From assembly GCA_973895155.1 (NCBI GenBank), contig OZ316896.1:17906754-17970753 (forward strand): 64,000 nucleotides of DNA, read 5' to 3'. Within the stretch, counting starts at the first letter, position 1. Every line of letters starts with the position of its first letter. Under the pieces are notes generated by a model, which was not told where the DNA came from, did no database searches, and saw only the letters and a program-made list of their open reading frames with translations. This document shows, one piece after another, positions 21,401 to 34,777 of the stretch. Source of the stretch: Marsupella aquatica (lineage: Eukaryota > Plantae > Marchantiophyta). The position numbers and the translations under genes are program-made.

Positions 21401-23971
21401 AACTAAATGGATAGTTGGAGTTTCCTTATTGAAATGTAGTAGATGACGAGCTCATTCATGTGAACGAATAAATCCTTGCTTTACTTATTTTAAATTGATT
21501 TTTTTTAATAAATAGAAAATTATGTAGTCTTAGCCTCAAACTAAAATGTTTTCTCTCTTAAGTAAACCGCATGCACTCCTCTAGACCTGACGGTAAAGCG
21601 ATGACTTTTCAATGTGTTGGTGAAACAGCGTGAATATATCTACTTTTCTGAGAAAGGCTCCGGGAAAGGCTTTCCTCCGGGGGCTCTCACAAGAACTCTA
21701 CCAGAAAACGCAACACCAGAGAATTCGACCAAGGTCTTCCACAAGTATAAAGTTTGTGACAGGTGTTCAATGTACCCCATAGAAGGGCCGAGATTCCACT
21801 CTCGGGTGCAATTCAACTATGACTTGTGTGCCCGGTGTTTCGAGAAAGGTGGTCACACAAAAGACGAGTACTCTCGTATCGATCTACCTCCTGTAAGTAA
21901 CCCCAAGCGACTGACCTCTTGCAAAAATTTAAATTATTTTCCATGAGCGTTTCATCTGATCACACGAAACTGTGTCTATGGAAGGTTTGGCTTGTACATT
22001 CAAACATAAAATTCCGATTTGATCATAAGAGTGTTAGTATTGAAAATATAGTCCATGATCCACCTTCTGTAATACATGTACTAAGCTCCTTTCAGAATGT
22101 AGAAAGACCGTATAGAAAGTCAATAAATTGATTTGATTAGAAGATGTTGAGGGAAGGTAAGAGAGTCGACGCGCGAACTGGTCAGACCTTCGATGTGCCG
22201 GTATTTATTTAGAATTTTTGAATAGAATCTTCAGAGTAAATTTTTTAAGACTTTTTTTTATAAATTTGCGGACGATGATGGAAAATGAATTGCTAACATC
22301 TTGAATTTGGAGTTTTGAGGCTGTCCTCTTCAACCTCGCAATGATATACTACTGAAGAGGAGATGCACATGATTACATTAAGAAACAAATTCTAAGATGG
22401 CGGTAGACCGAGGAGTAAGCACAAGAACATTTTCTAATGAATTATTTTCATTCTGTGGGGATTCAATATAAACTGACTTTTGAGTTGATCTTTGTTCGAT
22501 ATTCAGGCTATCAATGTGGGTGGAGGAGCAAGTGTACTGTCCTCTGATAAGGTTTGTTTTTCTTTTTTTGCGCAAAGTGGAAGGGAAATCCTGCGGATGA
22601 TGAGGTTTGTTGGTGGGGTTTGGAAAAAGTTAATGTGGAAAAACTCTGTAACCTTCGTAGAGATACCTTCATAGAGATGAAAACATATATGAATACATAG
22701 AATTAATGTATAAGTAGGTGGTTCTTCTTCTCGGGATGTACAAGCTGAAGAGCTCCTTTGGTGTGAATGGAAAAACGTTCCTTGTTTTCTGTTAACTAAA
22801 ACAATGCTCTAAAGAGATAGGACCTTCCAGTATGACTAGAATGTTTTCTGGAAATTTTCCTAGATATATGTCTGGACTTATAATTGACCAAATGGTAGAA
22901 ACTTTTGTACTGTGAGAAGATATATCTGTACTTTGAGGCTGTCCATAAGTCTCTCAAACATATATTCTGAAAGAGAGGATGAATGTGATTACATCTAGAT
23001 GCAAATTCTAAGACGGTAGGTTGGATCGATCCTGTCAGTTTAGATGTTTTAAATTCCAAGGCAAAGTCTAAGACGATCGTAGAGGACCAAGTACCAGCAA
23101 ATTTCGTATTGAATCATCATTAGGATTAACTCGAAGCTGCGGCCTTCGTACTTAAATACGCTTACAGTCGTCAAGCCAGTTGCAAACTGTGAAAGAAACT
23201 AACCTGTTGTGTGGTGGGGTTGATGGGCTTTGGTAGGACTTGCCCATTCTTGAAGGAACCACATTGTGCAAAATGCGAAATCTGAGATACTTGACGATGT
23301 CTGGCTTAACCATTGATCAAACTCATGGTGCAACACTGCCGTTCACACTTGTTTCCCTTCGGATGGCTGGGATGCAGTTTTCTGATTTTCCTTTCCGCCC
23401 AATCGACCATGAGCGGATGGCCATTCTGAAGATAGAGTGGTGTTCTGGTCTGCGTACCCTTCCCAGTACTTTTGGCCAACTCTCATCCCTTCAAGAGTTA
23501 CATATATGGGGGGCTCGTCATTTGAAGACCTTGCCTGAATCGCTCGGTCTTTTACCGAAGCTGACATCTCTAAGCTTTTCCAGTTGTTCAACTCTAGTGG
23601 AGTTACCGCAAACGTTTGACCAATTGGTATGTTTGGAAACACTAGAAATTAATTTCTGCGATGCTCTATCAGGCTTGCCAAAGTCGTTTGGATATTTGTC
23701 GAAGCTCAAATATCTGGATATCAGAGGCTGTTGTCGTCTTCACACCCTACCTGATACATTCCTGGAGCTTCAAGGATTGGAGCGCCTATACCTCTTGCAC
23801 ACATCGTTGCAGAGCATTCCCAACTTGGAGAATGTTAGGTCATTGAAAGATCTCAGAGTATATCAGCATACTCCTTATATCAGTATCCCAAGTGTGTCCG
23901 AGTTGCTGCTTCGGAAGGCCACTCATGAAGCTCGTGACGTTCAGGAGGAAACTGGTCATGAAGAAAGTTGA
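18411..23971 (+). CDS. alpha/beta-hydrolase-NB-ARC-ZZ-LRR immune receptor (HNL with integrated ZZ domain), copy 2, ~1006-1014 aa
   Basis: Predicted exons 18411-18476, 18698-19348, 19671-19841, 19961-21016, 21267-21323, 21629 (or 21653)-21892, 22507-22551, 23237-23971; all phase 0. Same motifs as copy 1: GHSFGG, DHISIC, GMGGIGKT, LLVLDDV, GLAL, MHE, LRRs. Confidence 0.9.
21629..21892 (+). other. Integrated ZZ-type zinc-finger exon (plant NBR1-like) of HNL2
   Basis: Encodes VFHKYKVCDRCSMYPIEGPRFHSRVQFNYDLCARCFEKGGHTKDEYSRID, with donor CCT|GTAAGT at 21893. Two in-frame acceptors are possible (CAG 21628, GAG 21652). Confidence 0.85.
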
Positions 23972-26900
23972 GCTCCTGCAAGTAATGTTTTACCAGCAAA
24001 CATTACTCTGGCTAGTGTCGCCCGGGTTGGGAAGAGCTGCAACTGAAACGCCTGTCAGTGAAACACGTCGGGTCTTTTGTGACAATTTGTCGATTCCTTC
24101 CGACTATATTGTTTAGTGGATCTAGACATGAGAGATGAAGGCACGGCAGAATTCACTTGCAATAATTGTCGGGGAGCAGATACCTACATCCGGATTGCAC
24201 GTGATGCCTTGAATCCATGGGCGAGGGAAACATTTATATGCAGGAACACATCCAGGGAAATGTGCAATATTGCTGTACTGAAGCTTAAGGACTGGAAATT
24301 TGGTTTGATAGCAGTGTGCCCAATCCACATGATTATGCTTTGAATCTTACTGAATTTGGGAATGTTAGGTGCATCGAAGGCCTGACTTCGAGGTGCTCTG
24401 CGCACTGGCTGAGTGGGTACTGGCACGTACTGATCCCAAACGGTACTCGATGGAGGAAACATCTGTCAGGGAGTCACGGGAAATTCACACTTCCCTCCGC
24501 TGGTCCGAGGAGGCTGGGATGCGACGAGACGAGAGTTAAGGCTACCATTGAATTGGGGGCGACAATGGATGGACTGGAAATGTGATCGACTAGCAGCTCT
24601 AGGCTGATAAGGCTAGCTAGCCTACTTGAATTTGCACATCAGATCGTGCAGATCGAAGCATGCCAGATGGCTGGCTCACTTGAATGGACGAAGTTCTGTA
24701 GACTAATTGTTTAGCTTTCTTGAGGTTGCACTGTTCTCCATCGCAATTTGCGTGACATTCTGATGCCATCGTCCGGGTCCGTCCTTTTATTTCATTGTCA
24801 TGATTGATATTCAGGATCGACGGAATCGTACCCATTGACAGAGAATGTTTTTTCGAGATCTCTAAATAATTCACCACTCCCCAAATTGATTCTCCTACCC
24901 AACCCCGTTGTTCTCTGGATTCCTGTCTGCATTGCGCATGAGCAAGCGTTCCCCCTCCCCTACTTTTCCCTTCTATTTGCCAGATCCTTATCTAGAGAAG
25001 AGAGGTTTAAGGTCTAGAGGGACCCAATGGCTTGAATATGGCGAGATTGCACATTTCCTTTCACTGAAGGAGCAAAAACGCCAATCACACTTCTGTCCCA
25101 AAATGGGGAAAATGGTTGGCCTGGACCAAGCTCTGCCTGCACTCTCCACCCCCATAGCTCTCCTTGTGACTCGACTCTCTTTGTACTGATCCTGCTGCCT
25201 CTCCTTCCGAGCTTGCAGCAGCCATCCCTTTGGCTTTGGAGCTCTCGGCTACCGCCATACTAAGCTGTAAAGCTCAATGTTGCCAACGCTTCCTTGTGTG
25301 CATATTAATTAAGTTGCCAAGGAAAGTCGCTCTTTGGTGGACTTGTTCATGAGCTCGCATTTGTCCCTCACTTTGGTTGATGTGGGACTTCTTTGGTGCA
25401 CGATGGACGACACAATGTTCATCCTAATTAGTGTTAGGAACAAATTAGCGTCACTACCAAATAAGTGTTAGTAACACTAACCTTTGAAAGTTATCTTAAA
25501 GTCCATGACAAAACCTGGATTCACGAGGTTTCACCACTTTTAGTACTTTTTTTCTAAAATTGTGGAGCAAAGTCTCCCCCTCGAGGTGAGGAATGTGGAA
25601 AAGGGAGAAGTCTCGAACACTTTTCCTTTTATATGGCCAATGGTGATTTAAGTTCAAAGTAAGACTAATTCTTGTCCGTTTTTGAAAGTAGTTTCTTTCC
25701 ACTCCTGTTTAAAGTTCTAGGAAAAAATGGGTCATCTTGAGTCTCCAAAGTAACACTAACTCTTGTGTATTTTCAAAATAGTTTTGTTTCCCACTATGAG
25801 CCTAAATGCCCATTCTTTGAGTATTAATACTAGGAATGATGACAAAAATGATCTTGCGTCATTCATTTAGACATACATAGAATGATCTATCTTTCTTTCC
25901 ATCTGCAAATTTTGGTGGGGCCCTAGAGTCACATCCTAGATAGATCTAGCTTCTATTCCCGCTTTATTAGTACTATATTTCCACTCTTGAGGCCAAAGTA
26001 ACACTGATTCATGTGTGCAGAATTAATATTATAACAGAATTAGAGTGAGTAATACTAATTAATGGGTAGAGCCCAAAATTGGCCCCTTGCATATTATAAT
26101 ACTAATCAATATGAACAGCTCAAGAGGTTAACTCAGTGTACATTTTGGGGTTATGCACCCATCCTAGCCTAATATAATTGCATCTATTTTATCAAGAAAA
26201 ATTTCCAAAAATATTCTTAATTTTCAATATGGATTATTTATTGTACTTTATAGAAGGCATATATTAGAGAACATTTTATAAATGTGAGTTTAATATACCT
26301 TCTTTTGTCTCTTACGCTTTTTAAGTTTTTAGCTAATTTCAAGCAAAAATATTTATTTTGGATCACTTTCCTACAATTTTTTTCTATTAGGACCCCCCCC
26401 CCCCCCCCAGGTAAACAATGTAGCTTTTCATGGTAAATGGATGCAGCCATTGTAAAAAGGTCTCCTCCACATATTTCCTATCAAAACATTGAAAATGGGA
26501 CCTTGTTTGTTAATTTCCATACTTCCAATTACATTTACATTTGTTCAAATTATCATGACATGCATGGTTACTGTATTGTTATCACACTTTAAATCTAACA
26601 ATACAAATGGCACCTTCATTTTCTGGGGTTTACCTGGTGTTTGTCTCCATGGAAGGATGGCCAGATTGAACAATCTATTGTTTCCAGTATGTAGAGCTCT
26701 CACAACTCCCATCATGACTGCAGCGCGTGAACTGTGATGGTACCCTACCCAGGGATACCAGCCAAGAATTATAGTGATCGATCAAGTGAACGTCCCGATA
26801 GTGAGGTTCTGTATAGACACAAAAGACTGACACTCAAGGCGCTTGGATGGAGTGACTACCAACCTTGATAGGCACAATCTAGACATTGATTACACTCCCA

Positions 26901-29900
26901 TAGACAAGTGGTATTTGCAATTTTCTCCATGTACTTGACCGTTACACTAAAGTTTGATTGTGTTTGTGTGAGACCCCATAACCAAGAATTGTGTCAGATA
27001 TCAAAGACCTTGTTATTGGATACATAGTGCTAAATGTGTAATTTGGGTCAATCTTCTTAAGTTCTTAAAGGTACAAGACAAAGAGCCTCGGGGGCCTCAC
27101 TCCAAGAGAGTTCCCATATCACGTGAGTTTCAAGTAGTGAACACCCTCAAACTTAATAATATTAAGCAAAATTTTAATTTTTTCCCTAACTTTATCAATG
27201 GAACATTTCAAGTTCATCTTTTGACCCTTGGAGTGAGCCTTCCAATGTTTCTTAATTTTTGTCACTTGCACTGGAGATGAGCTTGGTGGTACCATTTGCA
27301 GCTACATTGATTGGAAACAGAACATTCAAGGAGAGTACAATGTCTAATTGGAAGGTGAGCAATGCAAAGTTTGAGTCATGGCCTCATTCACAATTGGAGG
27401 ACCCAAAAGGAACGTCACACTCAGAAGTGACCATAGTTTATGATGCTTTAGGACATCATTTGTAAGGTGTAATGAGATGTATATGCAAAATTTGATGTAC
27501 TATACGTAATAAACATCCTGTAGGTTGGTAACATTCATTAAACTATCTAGCATTTGAGACTTTGAAGCTTTCCTTATATGTCCTTCAAAGATCGATAAAA
27601 TGACTTGTCACGCAACGAGTCACATCATTTCAGGACTAGAAAGGACTCTAAAACTTGCATTTTAGACAATGAAATTTTACCAAGGCATGGCATACTAATA
27701 GAATAATCTTATATTTCAAAACTCAAATATTGACACACACTGAACCTTTATGTACATGACACAAATAATAAGTAATTTTGGCTTATTTAGGGCCATTAAT
27801 AAAAGGATCCCTTAAAAAAGTTAAAAACTTGATTTATCTACATGGTGAGGTAGGTTATACCATGTAAAATAGTCTTGTGAAAAAATTAGATTTAAATGTC
27901 TTGAGATAAACTCATGATGAAGCTTTTTCCATGTTACGAAAGTCATTTCTCACTTCTAATGTTTTTGAGTCTTGAAAGTGGTTCCTGCAAGGTACACCCA
28001 ATTGTGAATGAGACCTCATGGCTCTTTGCGCAGGGTCCTCATTTCTTTTCTTTTGACCCATCACGTGCGAATAAGTATACGGTGAGTGGTGGGCCTAGCC
28101 ACCCAGCGCCCTCACCAATCCCAACACTTGCGCCCAAGTGCCCTTGGTGCCCGAACGCCTCCACGGAATACCTCGAGCAAGCATTCAAGTGCCTCTAGCA
28201 CCACCAGCAGCCTCTCCCATACGAAGCCGCACTTGCTCACCTACACGACCTCTACTCAACGGTCCTCACTATCTGCACAAACAACCAAGCACTTCAATAA
28301 GTAACCCCTCCGGATCTAGACTTGCCAAGTCTAGCATCCTAACTCAAGCTCAATAGACGTTGGTAAATAGGTCAGCGATAGGTCCTCCCGATGCCATAAG
28401 TCGGAACCAGAACCCACGTCCACTGTCCGTCCAGGACAGCTCCTTCCTTGGGCGCGGCCCGGGTTCCCCCTCGTACCTATCCATCACCAACTGACCGTCC
28501 TGACCTCAGGACATGCTCATGGCCCAAATAGCGTAGCTTGTCCTAAAGCTTGTCCCAAGCGGGGTCCCAAGCTTGTCCCAACGCTCAGCCTCCATACCTA
28601 CTTGGCCTTGCCTCCCCAACGCAAGCTCCCTTGGGAGACTGAACGCGGCTTGGCTGCTGTTCGGCAGGATTTGGTACACGGGCGAGATAACACCCGCAAA
28701 CCACAAGAACCCATGGCACCCCCAGACCCAGATGAGCTGAGGAGGGCGTTTAGGGTTTCCAACACACCTAAGAAGTCCTCCAACGGACTTCCTGTTGGGA
28801 AGATATCGCCATTTCCGTTTGGCGGTTTCCCTTAGTGTCGCGACCGCCACGGCTCACGACTTCGGTTTGCCCTTAGCCCCCAGGGAGACACCACTCCTCT
28901 CATATATGCTTCTGGAGACCTGCCACCCCCGGATCAGCTTTGGTCCCTAAACATTTGGCCCCCAACCCGGATCCCATCGCGCATAATGGGCGCGCCACCA
29001 ACTGGCAACGCCCATAACTTTCTTGATAGGCATCCGCAAGCGGAGTGCCTTAGCCCGTTGCGACCGGGCCGACCCAGTGCTCATGCCTAGGCCCTCAGGT
29101 CTGATCGTCGCTCGGGGCCCCCGACCGGCCCAACCCGACTCGGGCCACAACTTGCGCCACAAGCATCCGTTGCCAATGGCATCAACTCCATTGGCCTTGG
29201 GCCCAAGAGGAGCTCACTCCCAAGCCCTCAGAACTCAAAGCCCATCCGATGGTCCTGACGGCCACCCTTGAGCCCAACCCATTTCCCCTTGACCCAACCA
29301 ACCATAGGCTAGTCCAAGTCCTTAGTGTGTGTCCCCAGCTTGGCCCTTTGCCTCGCTAGTGCCACGTCTCATTGCCCACAAGTCTCCCCATGCTAAGTCC
29401 TCCCGGGATGGCCTATCCGGGCCTGGACCATAAGGGAGCTCGGCGTCGGAGTCAGCGACGCCGGAGCTAAGTGTTCGAGTTCCGCGACTCGGTGTTTTAA
29501 TTGCGACTAGTAATAAAAAGACTTTAAATTTTTTTGGAAGAACACGAGGGGTGTATTAATCCATTTTTGAGAATTATAATAATCATATGGGTTTTTAACA
29601 ATATATGAAAATATTCCAAGAATATTCCAAAATATCAGGGATTAAAATACCCTCTAAATTTTTTAATTTTTTTATGTTTTAGGGTGCTTTTTCCCCCAAA
29701 TCTTTGTGCATGATATAAGACCCTCTTTGGAGTGAGGCTCCCACGCACCCGTTTAGAAAATTGTTGGTATCACCACGGAGTTGATTGTAGGGAGAACTAC
29801 CACAAACAATTTTGGTCAAAACTGAGTTTGTTTGCCCCCCAAATCACCAAAATGCTACCAAAAAAGTGCTCTCAAATATCAGGAGTTTTCTATAGAACGG

Positions 29901-32896
29901 TTCTTGATAGGAAGCATTTCCCAAGTGACAGGGTTGTTTGAGTGGTGATTCTGAACCGTTCCATTGTGTGGGTGCACCACATATATTGCTACAAGGAATA
30001 ATGCAGGAGAAAGGGGGGGGGGCTGAAAACAAACTACTGTAAGTAGGTGCAGCCTGTCACATGCATTGAGGCAGTTCTAGAACCTGGGTGCTCCCAATAA
30101 ATTACAGTCCGTGCTAAAGGGGCCTCTAAGAACAATTCTCTGGCTCAACACATTTGGGTCACTCCAAGCTCCAAGCTCGCATTGAATATTATTGCCATCA
30201 CTTGATCAATGCAACCGCATTGTCAAGAAATTTTCTGCTGTTCTTCCCGAGGTCCTTCCCGAGGTCCTTCCCATGCTGCCTGAGCTCCCGAAAATGCAAG
30301 AAAACTTCAAACCCTCCATTTGAAGTCATCGCTTGCTTGTTTTAGCGTTCCGCCCACGGAAATGACCAGCTCTCATTGCCTTCAACAAATGCTCGGTTCA
30401 AGAACAGTCACCAAATTGTCAAAACAAGAATTAAACTGACAGATCAAATCATTGATTACTTAGCGTTTAGACCTTTGAAATACTGAGAGACCATTCCAAT
30501 CAAAAATCAATCTCCTCTATCTTTTAAGAATTCCCCCTTGTACTTTCACACAACAAACCTTTGGGAGACTTAATCTTGTGGATGATCTCCTTGCTGGATT
30601 GCTCTGACATCACCTATTGAGAAAATCAACAATGTTGTACACAAGAAACCAGCAAACACACATTACACGAATGCCATGGATACGCGGTTCTCAGACGTGG
30701 TTCACCTTCATCAAGTCTATGTTTATGGGCATACAAGAGCTTTACTAAGATTGGCCATCATAGTCACACCAAGCCTCCAAGTACAAGCTCCAAGATTGCC
30801 ATTGTAGCTTCTGGCTTGCTTGCTCCCTCACAAATGAGCATGTCTCACCAAAGAACTCTCCCCGCTCCTCTATATGCTAGGCATGTCTTGTCGTGTCTAA
30901 CCACCATAAATTAAGGCCCTAATGTTGATTAAACAAAGAGAGGTTAACCCAAGACTAAAAGTTAACCCTAACACTTAGTAATTTAGGCATGAGCTGCAAA
31001 TTGCCACTTCTGGGAAGGAAGATTGTGTCAGTTTTGTGGAGAACACCTTGACTAGTTTGGGCATGAGCAGCAACTACTACCAGGTAAACTGATTAAATCT
31101 GATTGCAAACGGCCATGTGTCCATTTACAGGTCACATTTCAGTGGAGACTGCAAAAGGTGTCATCCAAGCTGCATTATTAAATGCTCTGTGTTGGTCCAT
31201 CCAAGCTTTGAAAATCCATCCAAGTTTCACAGGAGACCCTTTTGTCCACCCAGACTATATATTTCTTTACAAATGCAATATGAAATCTTATAATAAAGAT
31301 TGTTAAAACTCACATATTAGAGTTCTACCTAGATGGATTGGAGAGGAGGGTGCTCCAATCACAGGCCTAAACTGACCCCTAAACTGACTGACCATAAAAT
31401 ATGCTGAGCAGTTTGCTTGATGTCAAAAATACCAGGAGAGTTATTTCCTCCCTCATGCTAGACGAAACACATCCACTCCTGAGCTAAGTTTGTAGTGTTG
31501 TGATTTCTGGGTGACTTAAGGGAAAGCACCTCTAGGAAGCCTAAACATAGTTCCCCCCCAGGTGTTGAACACCTACTATAGTAGTTACGGACCCCACTAG
31601 AGGTCCCTTCCAAAATTCCTGGCACCACAGCGTGCCACGTCAACAACAACCGCAACAAACAAGATTCATCGGTTTTGTGAATCAAACTTATAGTTTTCAT
31701 TTGTGTTTGTGTCAATTTGGGTGTAAAGTTTGGGACGCCGTGCCGTAAAAAGAAAAGTAAAAACATTGGAAATGCAAAGTCAGAGCAAGACTGTTAAAAC
31801 TGTCATTATGTAACCGTTTTAGTTACATTTCCAATTTTAAAACTTAAATTCAAAGATTTATAAAAAGTATTTTTCATATAATAAATAATGACTAATAACT
31901 AACTTGATAACTTCCTTGTTAAACCGCAACTCCCGGTATGTAAGGACCTCTCGTTTTGTACAGCCATTAATGCTGGGAAGAGCACATAGAAACCCAGGAT
32001 CGGGGAGGAGGAATGGCTGGAATCTTGAAAGTTCATCAAATTTTATACTCAAAACTATTTACTCATTCTCAAAACAAAAAATACTCAATCGTAGATCTCA
32101 TTGAGATCTTTCTTTTGCACCCTAGATCACCTTCTAACATGGATGAATAAGATTTCTAGAGACATTACAAAATGGACGGCAAAGATCCTAAAATCAACAA
32201 AATCGACAGCTAGGAAGGCTTGGATTTGTTTAATTTTTCATTTGAAAAATATTAACCCATTTGCAAAACGGACAGAACCCATCCATAGATCTATTTGAGA
32301 TCTTTCTTTTGAGCCATACATTGGCCATTATGATGACGGACGAGATTTCTGGAGATAAGAAATGGAGACGGCTCAGATCGACTCTTCCCCCTGATTTTAT
32401 TAGCCAAGGGGTCCACGAACCAATTAATGTCAATGTTAAACAACAACTCAACTCAAATAAAAATGGTGGTAAACTCTTCTAAGTCTTAGCCACTTTATGT
32501 ATTATAAAATACGAGCCCTATGCCCATGCATTGCACGGCGCAAGGAGGGCCCGGGCCCATAGGAGGTCGGGCCAGGGCATTTATGGGGCATTTATGGGGC
32601 AATGTGGGGAAGCACCTATGCGCCAGGGGTGCCCATTTCCTCCATCAATGGTCAGGGAAACAGCCAAATAAATCCAACCATTGTGGATCTTTCTCGTCCA
32701 GGAGCTTTTTCTTGTATTGGGACAAAGGACAAAAAAATATAGGATCGCTTACTTTAGTTGTAAATATTAACATGTTGTGCCAATTTTTACCTTGCATGTC
32801 ATTCAAATTTGTAGGGCACAGAAAATGAGAAATCTGGTCAAAGAAAAAGAATAAAGACAAAAAATGAATTGAGTTTAGTGTGAAGAAACAAAAAAG

Positions 32897-33085
32897 ATAG
32901 TAACACATGCACGAGGATCAAGGAGGATACTCCCTTCATGATCCATTCAAGGAAGAAATGTGCATACTGAGTAGGGTGTACATATTAGATAGTAACACAA
33001 TGCACCAGGATCAGGAGGATCTCCCCAGGATCCTCCATGATCCATGAAGGAACTAATGTACATACTCAATTGGGTGTACATATTA
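32897..33085 (+). repeat. Two diverged ~90-bp tandem repeats
   Basis: GATAGTAACACA..TGCAC..GGATC..GGAGGAT..CATGATCCAT..GGGTGTACATATTA occurs twice in succession. Confidence 0.8.
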
Positions 33086-34777
33086 CCTAGAGTGATACTA
33101 CATAATTTTGTGTAATACTGGTAGGAATTAAATTATAGATATCATTTCAGTCAATAGAGGGCTACATACATTAATCAAATAAAAACCCATTCTCCCAATA
33201 TTTGGGGTGATTTTTTACATTCGTCTTTTGTGTCATTTTCAGTGCCAAAAAAACAAAATCAATAAGGCAGGGCGTTGATGGCAAGGTGTTAGGTAAGGGA
33301 CACACTTTTACTTGATGACATCTTTTTAGTTCACAATATCTTTCACATAAGTACATCTTTGGTGAAATAATAATTTTTTATTAACATCTTTTTAAGTGAT
33401 GATGTCTTTGTACTTCCCGACATGTTTCACATCACGACATCTTGGGCGACATGACATCTTGGGCGACACAACATTTTTTTCTTAACGACATCGTTTGTGT
33501 AACGCACATGTATTGAGCTAGTTAGAGGATCTCCACTGGTTTGGTGGCAAACACTCCCCAAACAATGTAAATAGAGGTGTGTTTACATGCATTGAGATGA
33601 CGCTATCGTTACTGACAGTCCACAACCCAATTTGAAAAGACCCAACCTGACCTCCATTCCTAAAAAGGGACTCATAGCTTCAAAAGTACTGTCCAAATGG
33701 ATCTGGATGTATCTGTTTCCCCCTAGTTGATGACCACCTATCTTGCTAATTTTGATAGTGGACAGTTTGGATTTGGACGACCTCTAAATATTTGGAGACA
33801 CTGGTTTCTCTCCCTACCAGAAACCCCCAAGCTTTCTCTCCATAGAGTTCATTTGGCAGTTTAGTGGTGGATGATATGGAGCTCCTTGTAAATCTTTTAG
33901 GCCCCACAAGGCCCCACAAAATGTACCCACCCTGTTTGCATGGAGATCAGGCGCCATTTATGCTCCAAAAGCCCACTCACTGATCCACTCGCAATCCTCA
34001 CAGTTCGCCCTTGATTACTTTTTTCGTGTCGAGAGATTTCAACGAATGACGTACTGTACTTTTCGTTGGGCCGGATGATTTCTTCCTGGCTGTGATCGAG
34101 CAATCGGGCAGCTGAACAGTATTTTTCCCAGCTAGCAACCCATCTCAGCCCACTCGAGATTCGTTCGCTTCGCTTCGGGCAATTACAAGCCATAGCGTTT
34201 CCTCTGCTGGACTCGGTGATGAAACGAAAGCCCACCTTCTGAGGCGATCCATGTCCTAAAAGACATTGCCGGATCAGCGATAGGGCTGTTGGAACTTTGC
34301 CCCAAATCGCTTGTCTCAAAGAGAAGCGATGAAGTGGTGAATGATGCGTGCCCTGCCCGGTTGTGAGATAAGAATTGGTTCTCGATCCGTTTCGAGAGAA
34401 GGTAGAAGCAGACTCAGTGCCCTTGCAGCTGTACAAGGAATTGCATGTACAGTGCGCTTTGAGTTCTTGTCTTCGAGGGTCGGCCCGGTGTTTCCGAGGA
34501 TATGTTTCCAGGATCTACTTTCCTTGCCATCGACCGATCGATCGGGCTTCGTTGATCCATCAGTATGACTACCATTCTGCGTCAATTGGAGGACGGTGTG
34601 AGCTGCGGTGGTGCGAAGGGGTCATTTGACACGTTCCTCGAGTAGGTATTGCAAAGAGAGGGAGAGGAGGGAGGGAGGTGGATTCACACATAGGTGAGGT
34701 AGGGAGGCAGTGAGGAATCCGGTTTGATCCCCAACGGAGGATTGAGGGGTGTGCAGCAGTACCAGGCTGTAGATAGA

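Larger units (their letters stand above)
16234..24275 (+). repeat. Tandem segmental duplication, unit 2 (HNL gene plus flanks)
   Basis: Colinear paralogue of 4331-12820. Contains a private ~66-bp tandem duplication at ~16650-16781. Confidence 0.95.

Noticed and set aside
6501-23971. Classical head-to-head sensor/helper NLR pair
   Set aside because: The genes are head-to-tail recent paralogues and both carry the integrated domain.
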